64,000 bases of DNA, from NCBI RefSeq assembly GCF_032191835.1, contig NC_083225.1:39432001-39496000 (forward strand), in the 5' to 3' direction. Positions 12,076-23,605 of this stretch are shown piece after piece (positions within the stretch are counted from its first letter, which is position 1; each line of letters begins with the position of its first letter). A program made the translations under genes and the position numbers. The notes beneath the pieces were generated by a model. That model saw only the letters and a program-made list of their open reading frames with translations, searched no databases and was not told the origin of the DNA. The DNA comes from Heteronotia binoei (Eukaryota).

Positions 12076-14570
12076 TTGATTTTTAGAAGCTTGAAAACTT
12101 CTATTTTGGAACATGTGTGTGCCTTTAAATTTCAACAAAAGTAAAGCTGGGATGGAGCAGCAGAGCCATGTGGCTTTTTCCCATGAGTGCGTGAGAGAGG
12201 GAGATAACCCAGTCCCTCTGTTTATTTTGCATTTATACTATAGTATAATGAATAGTAAAGAGTTAACTAGAACTTGATTATAGGATGGAGGAAAACTCCA
12301 CCCCCTAGACTTCTCTCTCTTACTTTTGTTTTCCTGAGTTAGTCTGAAGAAGTTGGTTGAAATAGCATATTGTTACATTCAGCAACTCCCGTGAGTAAAG
12401 TGCAAGTCACAGTTGGGGGCAGAGCTCCCCGGACAGCAGCTCTGGAAGCTCTAATCAGACCCTCCAAGCAAATGACTATTGTCTGCTTCCTTCTCCCTTG
12501 CTTGCTTCAATCGTCATTTTTTTCCTCTCCCCTATGAGGAGGCACCAGAGCAAAACAGCCTCTTGCTCTTTCACTTTTCTCCCTCCTTCTTCTCAAAGGG
12601 AGGAGGAGGCTCAGCCAATGGAAGGGCTTGGCTCTGTAGTGCTGCTGTGTGGTTGAATTTGCCAGGGTTGCCAGGCATTCTCAATCACACTGCAGAGCTA
12701 CAGAGCCAAGCCTCTCTTCCTTCTGTTCACTGAGGCTCTTCACCCTCCTCATCCCCTGGGTAGGAAGAGGAAAGGGGAGAATTTCCTTTGCCTAGTTCCC
12801 TCTATCAATTGCATTGGAGAGAGACAAAGAAAGCACTTTTTAAGATCAGCAATGTCTTATTCAAGGTATGAGCTTTTTACCTTGCTACAGAGAGAGAGAA
12901 AGGATGTATTTTGTTGGTTTGTTATGCCTGGACTTTCCTGGGTGCATCTGGATTTGCCTTCCCCTTTTCACTGTATTAATGCCTTCACAATCTGCACCTT
13001 CATTATCCAGAAGAGGAATAATAACAAGCCAGGATTAGGCTGAGAGTGTGTGTCCAGACCAAGTTCACCCAACATGTTTTCTTTTATTTTTCTTTCACAT
13101 TTCCCATTTTCCTTTTATTTCCTTTGATTGATTGGGGATTTTGAACTTAGACTTCCCAGATTGTAGGCTGATAATGACCACTATACTTGGCTAGCTCTCT
13201 ATTATTGCACTGCCTCATAGGACCAGAGCATCAAAAAAAAAACCTCACACACAACCAGAAGTAGGCCTGAAGTAGGTCTAAAACTGGAAGTAGGCCTGAA
13301 ACTGGATGCAGGCCTGAAATGATCAGTTGGGGGCAGGATTTCCTGAAAAGTGAGGGTTCCCCTGCTCCTACTGGGGGTCTGACAACCCTAGCAGGCAGTC
13401 CTAATCAAATGCCAGAATATATGCAGAATTTGAAAAGTAATATTTGTCCAAATGAATATTCATTTCTTAAGGCAGCATCTTTTAGGTCATTGGACCTGCA
13501 CAATCACTTTGTAACCAGTTTTGTATAATTATCCCCCTCACGCACATCCACAATATCTAGCAATATTTACTTTCAAAGTTAGCAAAATCGAGCTTAGCTA
13601 CAGCTGATGGCAATATTTATACATATGCTATTCCAAAAATCAGATTCCATGATGGAATAACAGTGGATACTGTTATCTCGGCCACCTAATACCTAAGCAC
13701 TGACGTCCAAAGATAATGCACAAATGGGCTTTAACTTGTTTATCTTTGCTCTCCAAATTTATTTCTCTACAAGATAAGTTCATCTAAGTTCACAGTTCTG
13801 TTTTTTTGTGTTTTTTGGCAAGTTCTGTTATGCACAATCCGACACATGTGGTCATTTATATCCCAAGCATGCTGAACACTATTATGCAGCATTAAACTAT
13901 AATAATTTCCTGAAATATCCAGGCACGCAAAGTGCACTTGATTTTCTTATCTGGTGTTTAAGTTGGCATCACTTAAGACGCCACCAAGGGCTCTGCAAAC
14001 CTGCCTTCTTACATCTCCTTCCATTACAGTTCCACTTTAATTTCCTTGAATCAACATAACAGGGCAGAATAGAAATGGAATGAACCTCCCTCAGTCCACA
14101 TCTACCAATAGCAGAGCCTACGGGCAACAGGCAGTTTTAATTTGTTTAAGGGTGTGTCCGGGAGACAATTTCCTGTGCTCAATGTATGCACAATAAAAAG
14201 AAAAGCGAAAGAAATGAAGAAAAAAGAGGCCACTGTGAAAAACCCAGTACCTCTCTTTTGGGCATTTATCATGCAAGACCCACCAAGTAAATTAAGATGA
14301 AGCTTTGTAGCCACCACTGTCTGCAGTGTGTTCCAGTAGGGAGTAAACAGCTATCTAGAATGGGATGGAATTCCAGGCATGCATAATGGTAGGGATAGCA
14401 GGACCACTGAAGTCACACTCATCCTCCTCTCACTCTATGCTTGCCAGGTCCTCCCTGGTGTGGAATGGGGGCCCTTCATTCCCCCAGCCACCCATCTTCA
14501 AAACAAAAAGCCACCCACTTCAAGACAAGCCTGGAGCAGGTCTCTGGAGAAGTTGGCATACAAATTCTCT

Positions 14571-14771
14571 CAGGGCTTTTTTTGTAGAAAAAGCCCAGCA
14601 GGAGCTCATTTGCATATTAGGCCATTCTCCCTGATGTCACCATTGTTTCACACGGGGCTTTTTTTGTAGAAAAAGCCCAGCATGGACTCATTTGTATATT
14701 AGGCCACACACCCTGACACCAAACCAGCCAAAACTGCATCCCTGTGCATTCCTGCTCAAAAAAAAGCCCTG
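14571..14771. mobile_element. hAT-type MITE, CAGGGCTTTTT family (dimeric)
   Basis: TIRs present; two internal octamer/CACACCC modules. Confidence 0.8.
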
Positions 14772-15511
14772 ATTCGCTACAAAAAATAAATAGACAAGAG
14801 AGATGGTGGACGAAAGGTAATGGGTTGGGATAATACAGTGTTTCAAATATTATGCTAGTATTAATGCTACTCCACAAGTCTCACTGATCTTCTGGTAACT
14901 GGAGACTCTCATTACAAAGAAAAATGTTTTTTTGATTCCAGCCCAAATTCCCAAAAGCAGCTGCTCATCTTAGCAATTACTTTCATTTATTTACACATTT
15001 ATATCCCACCTTTCCTCATGTCTCAAGATGGCTTGCTAGACATAATTTTTAAAATAACCAAGTAACAATAAAACCATAGTTCTTCCTACCCCCCCCCCCT
15101 TCCTAATAAAATGCCTGCAACATACATTCCATTAAAAGCTCTAGCTTGGGGAAGGCAATCCCCAGCATGCGTGCTGACAGCAGCACCCCATATGATGTTG
15201 TGATCTGCCCTGCGCCCCTTACGGGAAAGGGCAGAATATAAGCCTGCTAAATAAATAAATGTCACCTGGTGCTCTGGGCCAAAGCAACTGAGCCAGTGGT
15301 ATCACCGCTGGGACCAGTGGTGCAGGAGAAGGCAGCAGGAATGGCTTATGCCCATCACTGCCTCCAAGACCTCACCAACCAAGTTCCAAAAGGAATCTCT
15401 GAGATGCCGGCAGAGCCACTGGGATTTGGCTTACTCCAAGTGTGTGGCCAAGCATAGCCCTCACTCCATATTATTGTTGGCACATTAACTGTCAGCTGAT
15501 TGAGCTGCTTT

Positions 15512-15784
15512 AGAAGAACAACTGCAGATTTATACCACGACCTTCTCTCTGAATCAGGGACTCAGAGCGGTTTATAATCTCCTTTATCTTCTTCCCCCAC
15601 AACAGGCACCCTGTGAGGTGGGTGGGGCTGAGAGGGCTCTCACAGCAGCTGCCCTTTCAAGGACAACTCCTGCAATAGCTATGGCTGACCCAAGGCCATT
15701 CCAGCAGCTGCAAGGAGTGGGTATCAAACCCGGCTCTCACAGATAAGAACCCACGCACTTAAACACTACACCAAACTGGGTCTC
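15512..15784 (-). mobile_element. Squam3-like SINE
   Basis: Reverse complement of the 308-580 family. Confidence 0.8.
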
Positions 15785-18060
15785 AATAAAACAATAAAAA
15801 TAAGCAAGATAAAAATAAAATTTAATTATTTAAAAATTTTATTTAAAAATAAAAAGAATTTGTTTATTTAAAATTTATTTTAAACAGGCAAGACATGTTA
15901 TCAGAGGCCAGTCCTAACAACAGTTGGGTTTCCACCTTCTAAACCACTTGGCTGCCTTGAAGGGTGGACACTATGGCATCGTACTATGTTGAGGCCCCTC
16001 CCCTCCCCGGACTCTGCCCATTCCCAGATCCACCCCCAAAGTCTCCAGGTATTTCCCAACACAGACCTGGCAACCCTACCCTTTTCATACCTAAAGGTGC
16101 ATCCAGCAAGTTTAATAGGGCCGTATTGAACAACATGATACGGACAGAGATCTACCTCCAGATGTACATTTCCATCCATATTGGCAACGCACCAAGAAAA
16201 TGACTTATCTGCACATATTTCTCCGGAAGATCAGAGCAAATGTTTACTCTCTGCTGATGGAGATGCATTGGTCTATGAATTTAATTTCAGGCCTTCGTAT
16301 ATAGAACCACAGAGGCATTCTAATTTCATATACATTCCTGCTTAAATCTGGCAGAGGAAGGCTTGAAGGCAATGAAGGGGAACAGAAACTGGCTGAATTT
16401 TTAACCCTAAATTCCACTTCCTTGGGAAAAGATAAGATTCCTTCATGCGCAAGACGTTCACAAGGAGTGGTTTGATAAATTACACAACCTTTCGCCCCCA
16501 GAGATGTATTTGGTACAGACAATAAAATGTAAAGATGGCTTTTTATAGTGAGGTATTTCAATAAAAGTTTCAAAAGGTCAAAAATGTACAGTCAGTGCTT
16601 CACAAGCTTTTAGGCCCAGCTGAAATGCTGTATGGTGGCTGCGGTTAACCTGATGGAAAGATGCCCATCCAGGACACACAGTGCTAGCTTTTCAGCCAAA
16701 CCACTCAAACTGATAGCTTGGAGAGGCATGGGGAAAAGGGCACCAATGCCAGTCATCAGCAGCAAAAAAGGTGGCTGGCATCCCCTCCTGGGTCCATGCT
16801 GCAGCCAACACTGCAGTGCCTTCACTTCCCAGCTGAGAGAGGTATGAGCCCAGGAGGACAAGGTTGTCTCTTGCTCGGGTCAAGAAAATACCTTGAACTC
16901 GTCCTAGGGTTGCCAATCCCAGTTGGGGGCAGAGGATCCCCCAGTCTGGATGCCCTCCCCCCCCCTTCAGGGTTATCAGAAAGCCGGGGGTGGGGAAATG
17001 TCTGCTTGGCACTCCATCATATCCTATGGAGATTGATTCTCATATGGTATAATGGAGAAATGATCTGTGGGTATCTGAAGCTCTAGAGAGGCTATTTTTT
17101 GAGGTAGATGCACCAAATTTTCAGCATAGCATGTGGTGCCTCTCCTCAAAATACTTTCCAGGTTTCAAAAAGATTGGACCAGGGGGTCCAATTCTATGAA
17201 CCCCAAAAGAACAGCCTTCAAAGGGTCTCCCACTTCCCTAGTACAGGCATTTGCTCTCTGCTGCTGACTCACCCATCCTCCCTGGGGGCAACATGTGACT
17301 AGCTGGTTATTACAGGGCTGAGCAGGAGTTGTTGGGTTTCTTATGATTGGCTTTTCAAGGGGCCATCTTTCATGTTGCTTCATGTTGCCTCAGGAGGGAA
17401 CGGATCTAGTCTTGTGACTGGTTAGGCCCCAACTAAGAATGGCAAGAGGAAGGTGGGCTGTTCATGATACGCAGGGCTAATTGGCAAGCATCCTGAGGCG
17501 TCATGCACTGACAGAGGGCTATTTCTGTAACAGCCCATCATTTGTTCTACAGTGGGGTGGGGGTGGGAGGGAACACCCTCGGTGCCAAGCAGCCTCAATC
17601 AAACACTGAGACCAATTTCACACTCAGCTTACCCCACTGCCATGTTCCTCTTCTCCGCGCAGCATCCTTCGGATTTCCCACTATCTGCTCCAGAGCTGCA
17701 GCAAACATCACAGTTTTCGTGGGGCAAACAGAAACTGGTTTTTAGTGGTTTCCATTCGCCTGCAGCTCCAGAGCAGATAGTGGAAAATCCAAAGGACACT
17801 GCGCGGAGAAGAGTAACGTGACAGCGGGGTAAGCTGTGTGTGAAATCGGTCTGTGTTATCCATGCAGCACACTGGAAGAAGGAGATGAAGCCTGGCCCCT
17901 CTTAGCACAGCTCATGTGCAAGAGAGGATAAACAAAGCCAGCAATTAACAGCTGCTACCTCCGGAGCCAGAATGGAGTAGCCCAAATGACAGTAGCCAAT
18001 GGCTACTTAGCACACCCCATTTTAAAAATAGGTTAAGAGCCTATAACCTAGATAGATAAT

Positions 18061-18352
18061 TAGGGTTCCAGGGCCTGGGGGAACAGAGATGGTCGACAGG
18101 GGGAGCCCTGCCCCTGAAGAGCTCCACTATTGCCCGACATGCCCAACATGATGACATCATCCGGAAGTGGTGTCATCATGCAGGGGAGGCTCCGGCATTT
18201 GGGTTAAAAACTCTTTGGTGCCCTAGAGTTTTTACCCATATCCTAGAGCATCCTACGTGACGTGCCTACCCAATGATGTCACTTCCGGGTTACATCATAG
18301 CATGTGCAAAAAAAGTCCCCTGCCAGCAGCAATGTAAGACCTGGCAACCCTA
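18061..18352. mobile_element. hAT-type MITE, TAGGGTTGCCA family
   Basis: Perfect 8-bp TSD TAGATAAT on both sides. Confidence 0.85.
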
Positions 18353-18450
18353 TAGATAATTTACATAAACTAGTTAACCCAAGTATAGATGTTCCAAGTC
18401 TTTCTTTGGGGATGACACTGGGGATAATTCACAAACAACATGGGCATGAT

Positions 18451-18642
18451 CAGTGTTCCCTCTAAGCTGAGTTAGTAGGAGCTAGCTCAGTTTTTTAGCC
18501 TCCAGCTCACATGTTTTTGTCTTAGCTCAGGAAAAATGGGCCCAGATCAAGCTAATTTATGCAGTAGCTCGCAACTTTAATGCTAGTAGCTCACAAAGTA
18601 GAATTTCTGCTCACAAGACTCCACAGCTTAGAGGGAACATTG
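18451..18642. mobile_element. hAT-type MITE, CAGTGTTCCCTCTAAGCTG family
   Basis: TIRs and perfect TSD GGCATGAT. Confidence 0.9.
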
Positions 18643-18749
18643 GGCATGATATAGCCAATGTCAAACACTTTTGAGAGCCGTTTATTTCAGCAGTGGAGTT
18701 AAATACATCCTTAAACTGATATCTTGTGCACATGTTCTTAATTACTTAA

Positions 18750-19719
18750 TTTAAAACAATGCTATGCTGCCTTTCCAACCAAATAGAGTCTGCACAGTGG
18801 CAAACATCATAATATATTAAATAAACAATTCAGTAAAACCAAATAAACACACAAAAACACACAACACAATAAGGAGAGAGGGCCAATAATAGTTACTAGC
18901 AGTACACCAGACAAACAAAAAAAATCTTCAACCACTGGCAGAAGACAACAGTGGAAGGAGAAAGGCATATCTCCCTAGGGAGGTAGTTCTAAAATTTTGG
19001 TGTCACAGCTGTAGAAAGCCCTTTCTTGCGCTGCCACCCATCTGGACTCAGATGGCAGGGTAGCCAAAGCAGGGCCTCTGAGATGACCTAAGTGAGCAGG
19101 CAGGTTCATAATGTATATTAATGTGTATTGTGGTCCTTAATGTATATTGGTCTCTGGCTGCACAGGACTTTAAAGGTGAACATAAACTCCTTGAATTGAG
19201 CCTGGAAGCAAACTAGAAACCAATCTGGACTGATGTGGTCCCTAAAACCCACTCCAGTCAACACTCTGGGCATAGCATTCTGTATCAGTTGTAGTTTCCC
19301 AACAGTCTTCAAGAATAGCCCCAAGTAGGGCACACTGCAGTAATCTAACCTAGATCTTACCAGGGCATGTATCACAGTGTTGCAGTCTTTCCTACCCAGG
19401 AAGGGCTGCAGCTGGCTCACTAGGAAAAGCTGATAAAAGGTACCCCTGGCACCACTGCCACCTGCTTATCCAACAGGAGTGCTGGTTCCAACACCCCCAA
19501 GCTACAAAAATGTTTGGGGGGAGAGTGCAACCCCATCCATAACAGGGGATATCCCAGTTCCTGGACTAAACCTTCCTCTACCAGAAGCATCTCTGTTTTA
19601 TGGAGATTTCAGTTGATTAGCCTTCATCCATTCCAAAACTTCCTCCAAGCACCCATTCATGGTTGCCGCAACCTCCCTGGAATCTTCTCCAAGAGTGAGA
19701 TAAAACTGAGTGATCTACT
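18750..19719 (-). mobile_element. L2-type LINE 3' fragment (RT C-terminus), right part of a split element
   Basis: Translates to TVIHALVRSRLDYCS and KLQLIQNAMPRVLTG, typical of L2-clade ORF2. Confidence 0.8.
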
Positions 19720-19959
19720 TAGGGTGGCCAGACCGTCCCGGTCTCCCGGGACTTTCCCGGTTCTGGCCCCCAATTCCCGGCTCCCGGGCTGGGTATACCG
19801 GGACCATTAAGAGGTCCCGGTTTAGCCAGCCAGAGAGCCGGGGGCCGCGCGCCCGGGCGGGGAAGGCGGCGAGTGAGGGAGGGAGCGACCCTGCGCACGC
19901 GCAGGGACGCTCCCTCACTCACTCGCCGCCTTCCCCGCCCGCGCACGGGGCCGGGCGGT

Positions 19960-21010
19960 GGCGGCGGAGGCCCGGGAGGGCGTCGGAAAGGCCCGCGGGG
20001 GTCGCTGGAGGCCCTCCAGCGACCCCCGCGGGCCTTTCCGAGGCTTCCCGGGGCTGGAAACCCCCACCCCCCGTCCTCCTCCCCCCGGGAGGGCGTCGGA
20101 AAGGCTCGCGGGGGTCGCTGGAGGCCCTCCAGCGACCCCCGCGGGCCTTTCCGACGCTTCCCAGGGCTGGAAACCCCCACCCCCCGTCCTCCTCCCCCCG
20201 GGAGGACGTCGGAAAGGCCCGCGGGGGTCGCTGGAGGCCCTCCAGCGACCCCCGCGGGCCTTTCCAAGGCTTCCCGGGGCTGGAAACCCCCACCCCCCCG
20301 TCCTCCTCCCCCCGGGAGGCCGTCGGAAAGGCCCGCGGGGGTCGCTGGAGGCCCTCCAGCGACCCCCGCGGGCCTTTCCGAGGCTTCCCGGGGCTGGAAA
20401 CCCCCACCCCCCCCGTCCTCCTCCGCCGGGGAGGGCGTCGGAAAGGCCCGCGGGGGTCGCTGGAGGCCCTCCAGCGACCCCCGCGGGCCTTTCCGAGGCT
20501 TCCCGGGGCTGGAAACCCCCACCCCCCGTCCTCCTCCCTCCGGGAGGACGTCGGAAAGGCCCGCGGGGGTCGCTGGAGGCCCTCCAGCGACCCCCGTGGG
20601 CCTTTCCGAGGCTTCCCGGGGCTGGAAACCCCCACCCCCCCATCCTCCTCCGCCGGGGAGGGCGTCGGAAAGGCCCGCGGGGGTCGCTGGAGGCCCTCCA
20701 GCGACCCCCGCGGGCCTTTCCGAGGCTTCCCGGGGCTGGAAACCCCCACCCCCCGTCCTCCTCCGCCCGGGAGGGCGTCGGAAAGGCCCGCGGGGGTCGC
20801 TGGAGGCCCTCCAGCGACCCCCGCGGGCCTTTCCGACGCTTCCCGGGGCTGGAAACCCCCACCCCCCGTCCTCCTCCGCCCGGGAGGGCGTCGGAAAGGC
20901 CTGCGGTGGTCGCTGGAGGCCCTCCAGCGACCCCCGCGGGCCTTTCCGACGCTTCCCCGGCCTCTACCACCCCCCCCCGTGCTGGCGGAGGCCCGGGAGG
21001 GCATCGGAAA
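19960..21010. repeat. GC-rich tandem array, 9 units of 113-115 bp, each with a ~59-bp palindrome
   Basis: GTCGCTGGAGGCCCTCCAGCGAC begins at 20001, 20114, 20227, 20341, 20456, 20569, 20683, 20796 and 20909. Confidence 0.95.
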
Positions 21011-21102
21011 GGCCTCTCCGCCGCCGCCGGACTCGCCGCCGCTGCCGCCGCCGCTGGACTCGCCGCCGCCGGTAAGGGGGCCGCCGAAAGCGGGGGGGGC
21101 TG

Positions 21103-21306
21103 NNNNNNNNNNNNNNNNNNNNNNNNNNNNNNNNNNNNNNNNNNNNNNNNNNNNNNNNNNNNNNNNNNNNNNNNNNNNNNNNNNNNNNNNNNNNNNNNNN
21201 NNNNNNNNNNNNNNNNNNNNNNNNNNNNNNNNNNNNNNNNNNNNNNNNNNNNNNNNNNNNNNNNNNNNNNNNNNNNNNNNNNNNNNNNNNNNNNNNNNNN
21301 NNNNNN
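21103..21306. other. Assembly gap
   Basis: Run of N. Confidence 1.
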
Positions 21307-21772
21307 GAGTGTTGGACTGGATGGGCCACTGGCCTGATCCAACAGGGCTTCTCTTATGTTCTTATGTGACGCAGAGTGTTGGACTGGATGGGCCACTGGC
21401 CTGATCCAACAGGGCTTCTGTTATGTTCTTATGTGACGCAGAGTGTTGGACTGGATGGGCCACTGGCCTGATCCAACAGGGCTTCTGTTATGTTCTTATG
21501 TGACACAGAGTGTTGGACTGGATGGGCCACTGGCCTGATCCAACAGGGCTTCTCTTATGTTCTTATGTGACGCAGAGTGTTGGACTGGATGGGCCACTGG
21601 CCTGATCCAACAGGGCTTCTCTTATGTTCTTATGTGATGCAGAGTGTTGGACTGGATGGGCCACTGGCCTGATCCAACAGGGCTTCTGTTATGTTCTTAT
21701 GTGACGCAGAGTGTTGGACTGGATGGGCCATTGGCCTGATCCAACATGGCTTCTCTTATGTTCTTATGTGAC
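21307..21772 (+). repeat. Tandem array of at least 7 x 67 bp CR1-type 3' tail
   Basis: GAGTGTTGGACTGGATGGGCCA...TTATGTTCTTATG starts at 21307, 21374, 21441, 21508, 21575, 21642 and 21709. Confidence 0.92.
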
Positions 21773-21840
21773 AATACTGACTTTGGTGGACCCAAGCACT
21801 GATTCAGTGTAAGGGAGCTTTGTGTTTGTGTCTTCTGGTG

Positions 21841-22748
21841 CAATTTTGTTCTCAGATCCTGTATTTACTTCATCAGTATATGGGATAAGGCACTTTCTCA
21901 ACTGTGCTGCATAATGCAGCCTATTTATTTTGTCCTGTTTGCTCTGTTGGCTCTATCTGCGCCACCTTCATCACTTTCGGGGTGCGGATCCCCCAGTGGG
22001 GTGGTCTCCCGACTCCCTCCGCCGGCTGTTTCTGATAGCCCTGCGCCCCCTCTTTCATTTGATATGTGTCCCGTGCGGGTGCCACCCTCCCGCCGGGAGA
22101 TGCAGCAAAATGAGCCCCCTTGAGGCTTATGGCGGCAGGGCTCGGGGGAAGCGAGCTAGACTGCTGTTCTTTTGAGGGGTTATAGAGTGTTTCGAGCCCG
22201 TCCCTGTGGCATCGGTCCCATCGTTGTAGGGCCCAGGGGGCCGGCGCAGCGGCCTGCTGAAGCAGCCTGTCGGTCACTTCCGGGTTCCTGTCCTGCATCT
22301 CGACCTGTGTTATTAGTGACAGGCTGCTTCGGCGGGCCGCTGCGCCGGCCCCCTGGGTCCCACAACGATGAGACCGATGCCACAGGGACGGGCTCGAAAC
22401 ACTCTATAACCCCTCAAAAGAACAGCAGTCTAGCTCGCTTCCCCCGAGCCCTGCCGCCATAAGCCTCAAGGGGGCTCATTTTGCGGCATCTCCCGGCGGG
22501 AGGGTGGCACCCGCACGGGACACATATCAAATGAAAGAGGGGGCGCAGGGCTATCAGAAACAGCCGGCGGAGGGAGTCGGGAGACCACCCCACTGGGGGA
22601 TCCACACCCCGAAAGTGATGAAGGTGGCGCAGATAGAGCCAACAGAGCAAACAGGACAAAATAAATAGGCTGCATTATGCAGCACAGTTGAGAAAGTGCC
22701 TTATCCCATATACTGATGAAGTATATACAGGATTTGAGAACAAAATTG
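21841..22748. repeat. Near-perfect inverted repeat, 431-bp arms, 46-bp spacer
   Basis: 21841-22271 is the reverse complement of 22318-22748; the ORF track shows mirror peptides on the two strands. Confidence 0.95.
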
Positions 22749-22779
22749 TTTCCGGCGGTGATATTTGGGGGATTTTTGG

Positions 22780-23010
22780 GGACGTCACAGGAAGTGCTGT
22801 GAAGTCACTTCCTGTTTCCGGCAGTGGCATTTGGGGGAAATGATGTCATTTGGGGGAAGTGATGTCAGAGGAAGTGATGTCACTTCCCGTTTCCGGCAGG
22901 TGACACGGGGAAATGATGTCACAGGAAGTGGTGTCACTTCCTGCTTCCGGCGGTGGCATGACATCACCGGAAGTGACGTCACCGGAAGTGACGTCACTTC
23001 CTGTTTCCGG
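22780..23010. promoter_or_regulatory. Cluster of GGAAGTGA(C/T)GTCAC (ETS-CRE-like) motifs in the element's subterminal region
   Basis: Two perfect CCGGAAGTGACGTCA copies at 22967-22996 plus several degenerate copies; function not shown. Confidence 0.4.
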
Positions 23011-23097
23011 CGGCGCGCGCGCTTCGCGCGCGCACACCCCTACCTTCCCCCCCCCCCAGGTGTCCCTGGCTGGCCTTCAGACATTATGGTCACCCTA

Positions 23098-23540
23098 GAT
23101 CTACTTTCAAGGTAGGACTGAAACCACTGCAGAACAGCACCTTGCAGTCCCAACCCTGAAAGGCAGGCCAGAAGGATACCATGACTGATGGTATTAAAAG
23201 CCACCAAGTTGTCCAGGAGAATTAACAGGGTCATACTCCCACTGTCCATCTCTTGGTACAGATCATGCACTAAAGTGGCCAAGGCTGCTTCAGTTCCATA
23301 ACCAGGCATGAAAATAAGGTTACACTCCCACTGTCCATCTCTTGATGCAGGTCATCCACCAGGGCAGCCATGGCTATTTCAGTCCAACAACCAGGCTCAT
23401 AACTGGGCCTGAAAGCAGAGTAGCAGATCCAAACAATCCATTTCAATTAGGAATCCTTGAAGATGGCCAGCCACCATTCATTCAGTCACCTTGCTCAAGA
23501 ATGGAACATTTCACAAACAGATACCGACACTCCCTCTTCT
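23098..23540 (-). mobile_element. L2-type LINE RT fragment, left part of the split element
   Basis: Translates to PGYGTEAAL...LLILLDNLVAFNTISHGILL...LQWFQSYLE. Confidence 0.85.
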
Positions 23541-23605
23541 ACTTATGTAAGTATTTGGTCCCCAGTTGTTTCCTTTATTGCTAGTAATCCAAAGTTATTT
23601 GATAG

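Larger units (their letters stand above)
19720..23097. mobile_element. Composite non-autonomous hAT-type element (~3.4 kb including a gap)
   Basis: TIRs TAGGGTGGCCA / TGGTCACCCTA; perfect TSD GATCTACT (19712-19719, 23098-23105); interrupts an L2 fragment. Confidence 0.88.

Noticed and set aside
19710-21404. Long overlapping ORFs (up to 564 aa) in many frames
   Set aside because: They result from a stop-poor GC-rich palindromic repeat and read through an N gap; the peptides are pure repeat translation.
21307-21772. CRISPR-like regular repeats
   Set aside because: Units are contiguous and near-identical with no unique spacers; the context is eukaryotic with no cas genes.
21914-22675. Duplicated short signal-peptide-like ORFs (MQPIYFVLFALLAL...) on opposite strands
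   Set aside because: They are mirror images created by the inverted repeat; there is no splice or promoter support.
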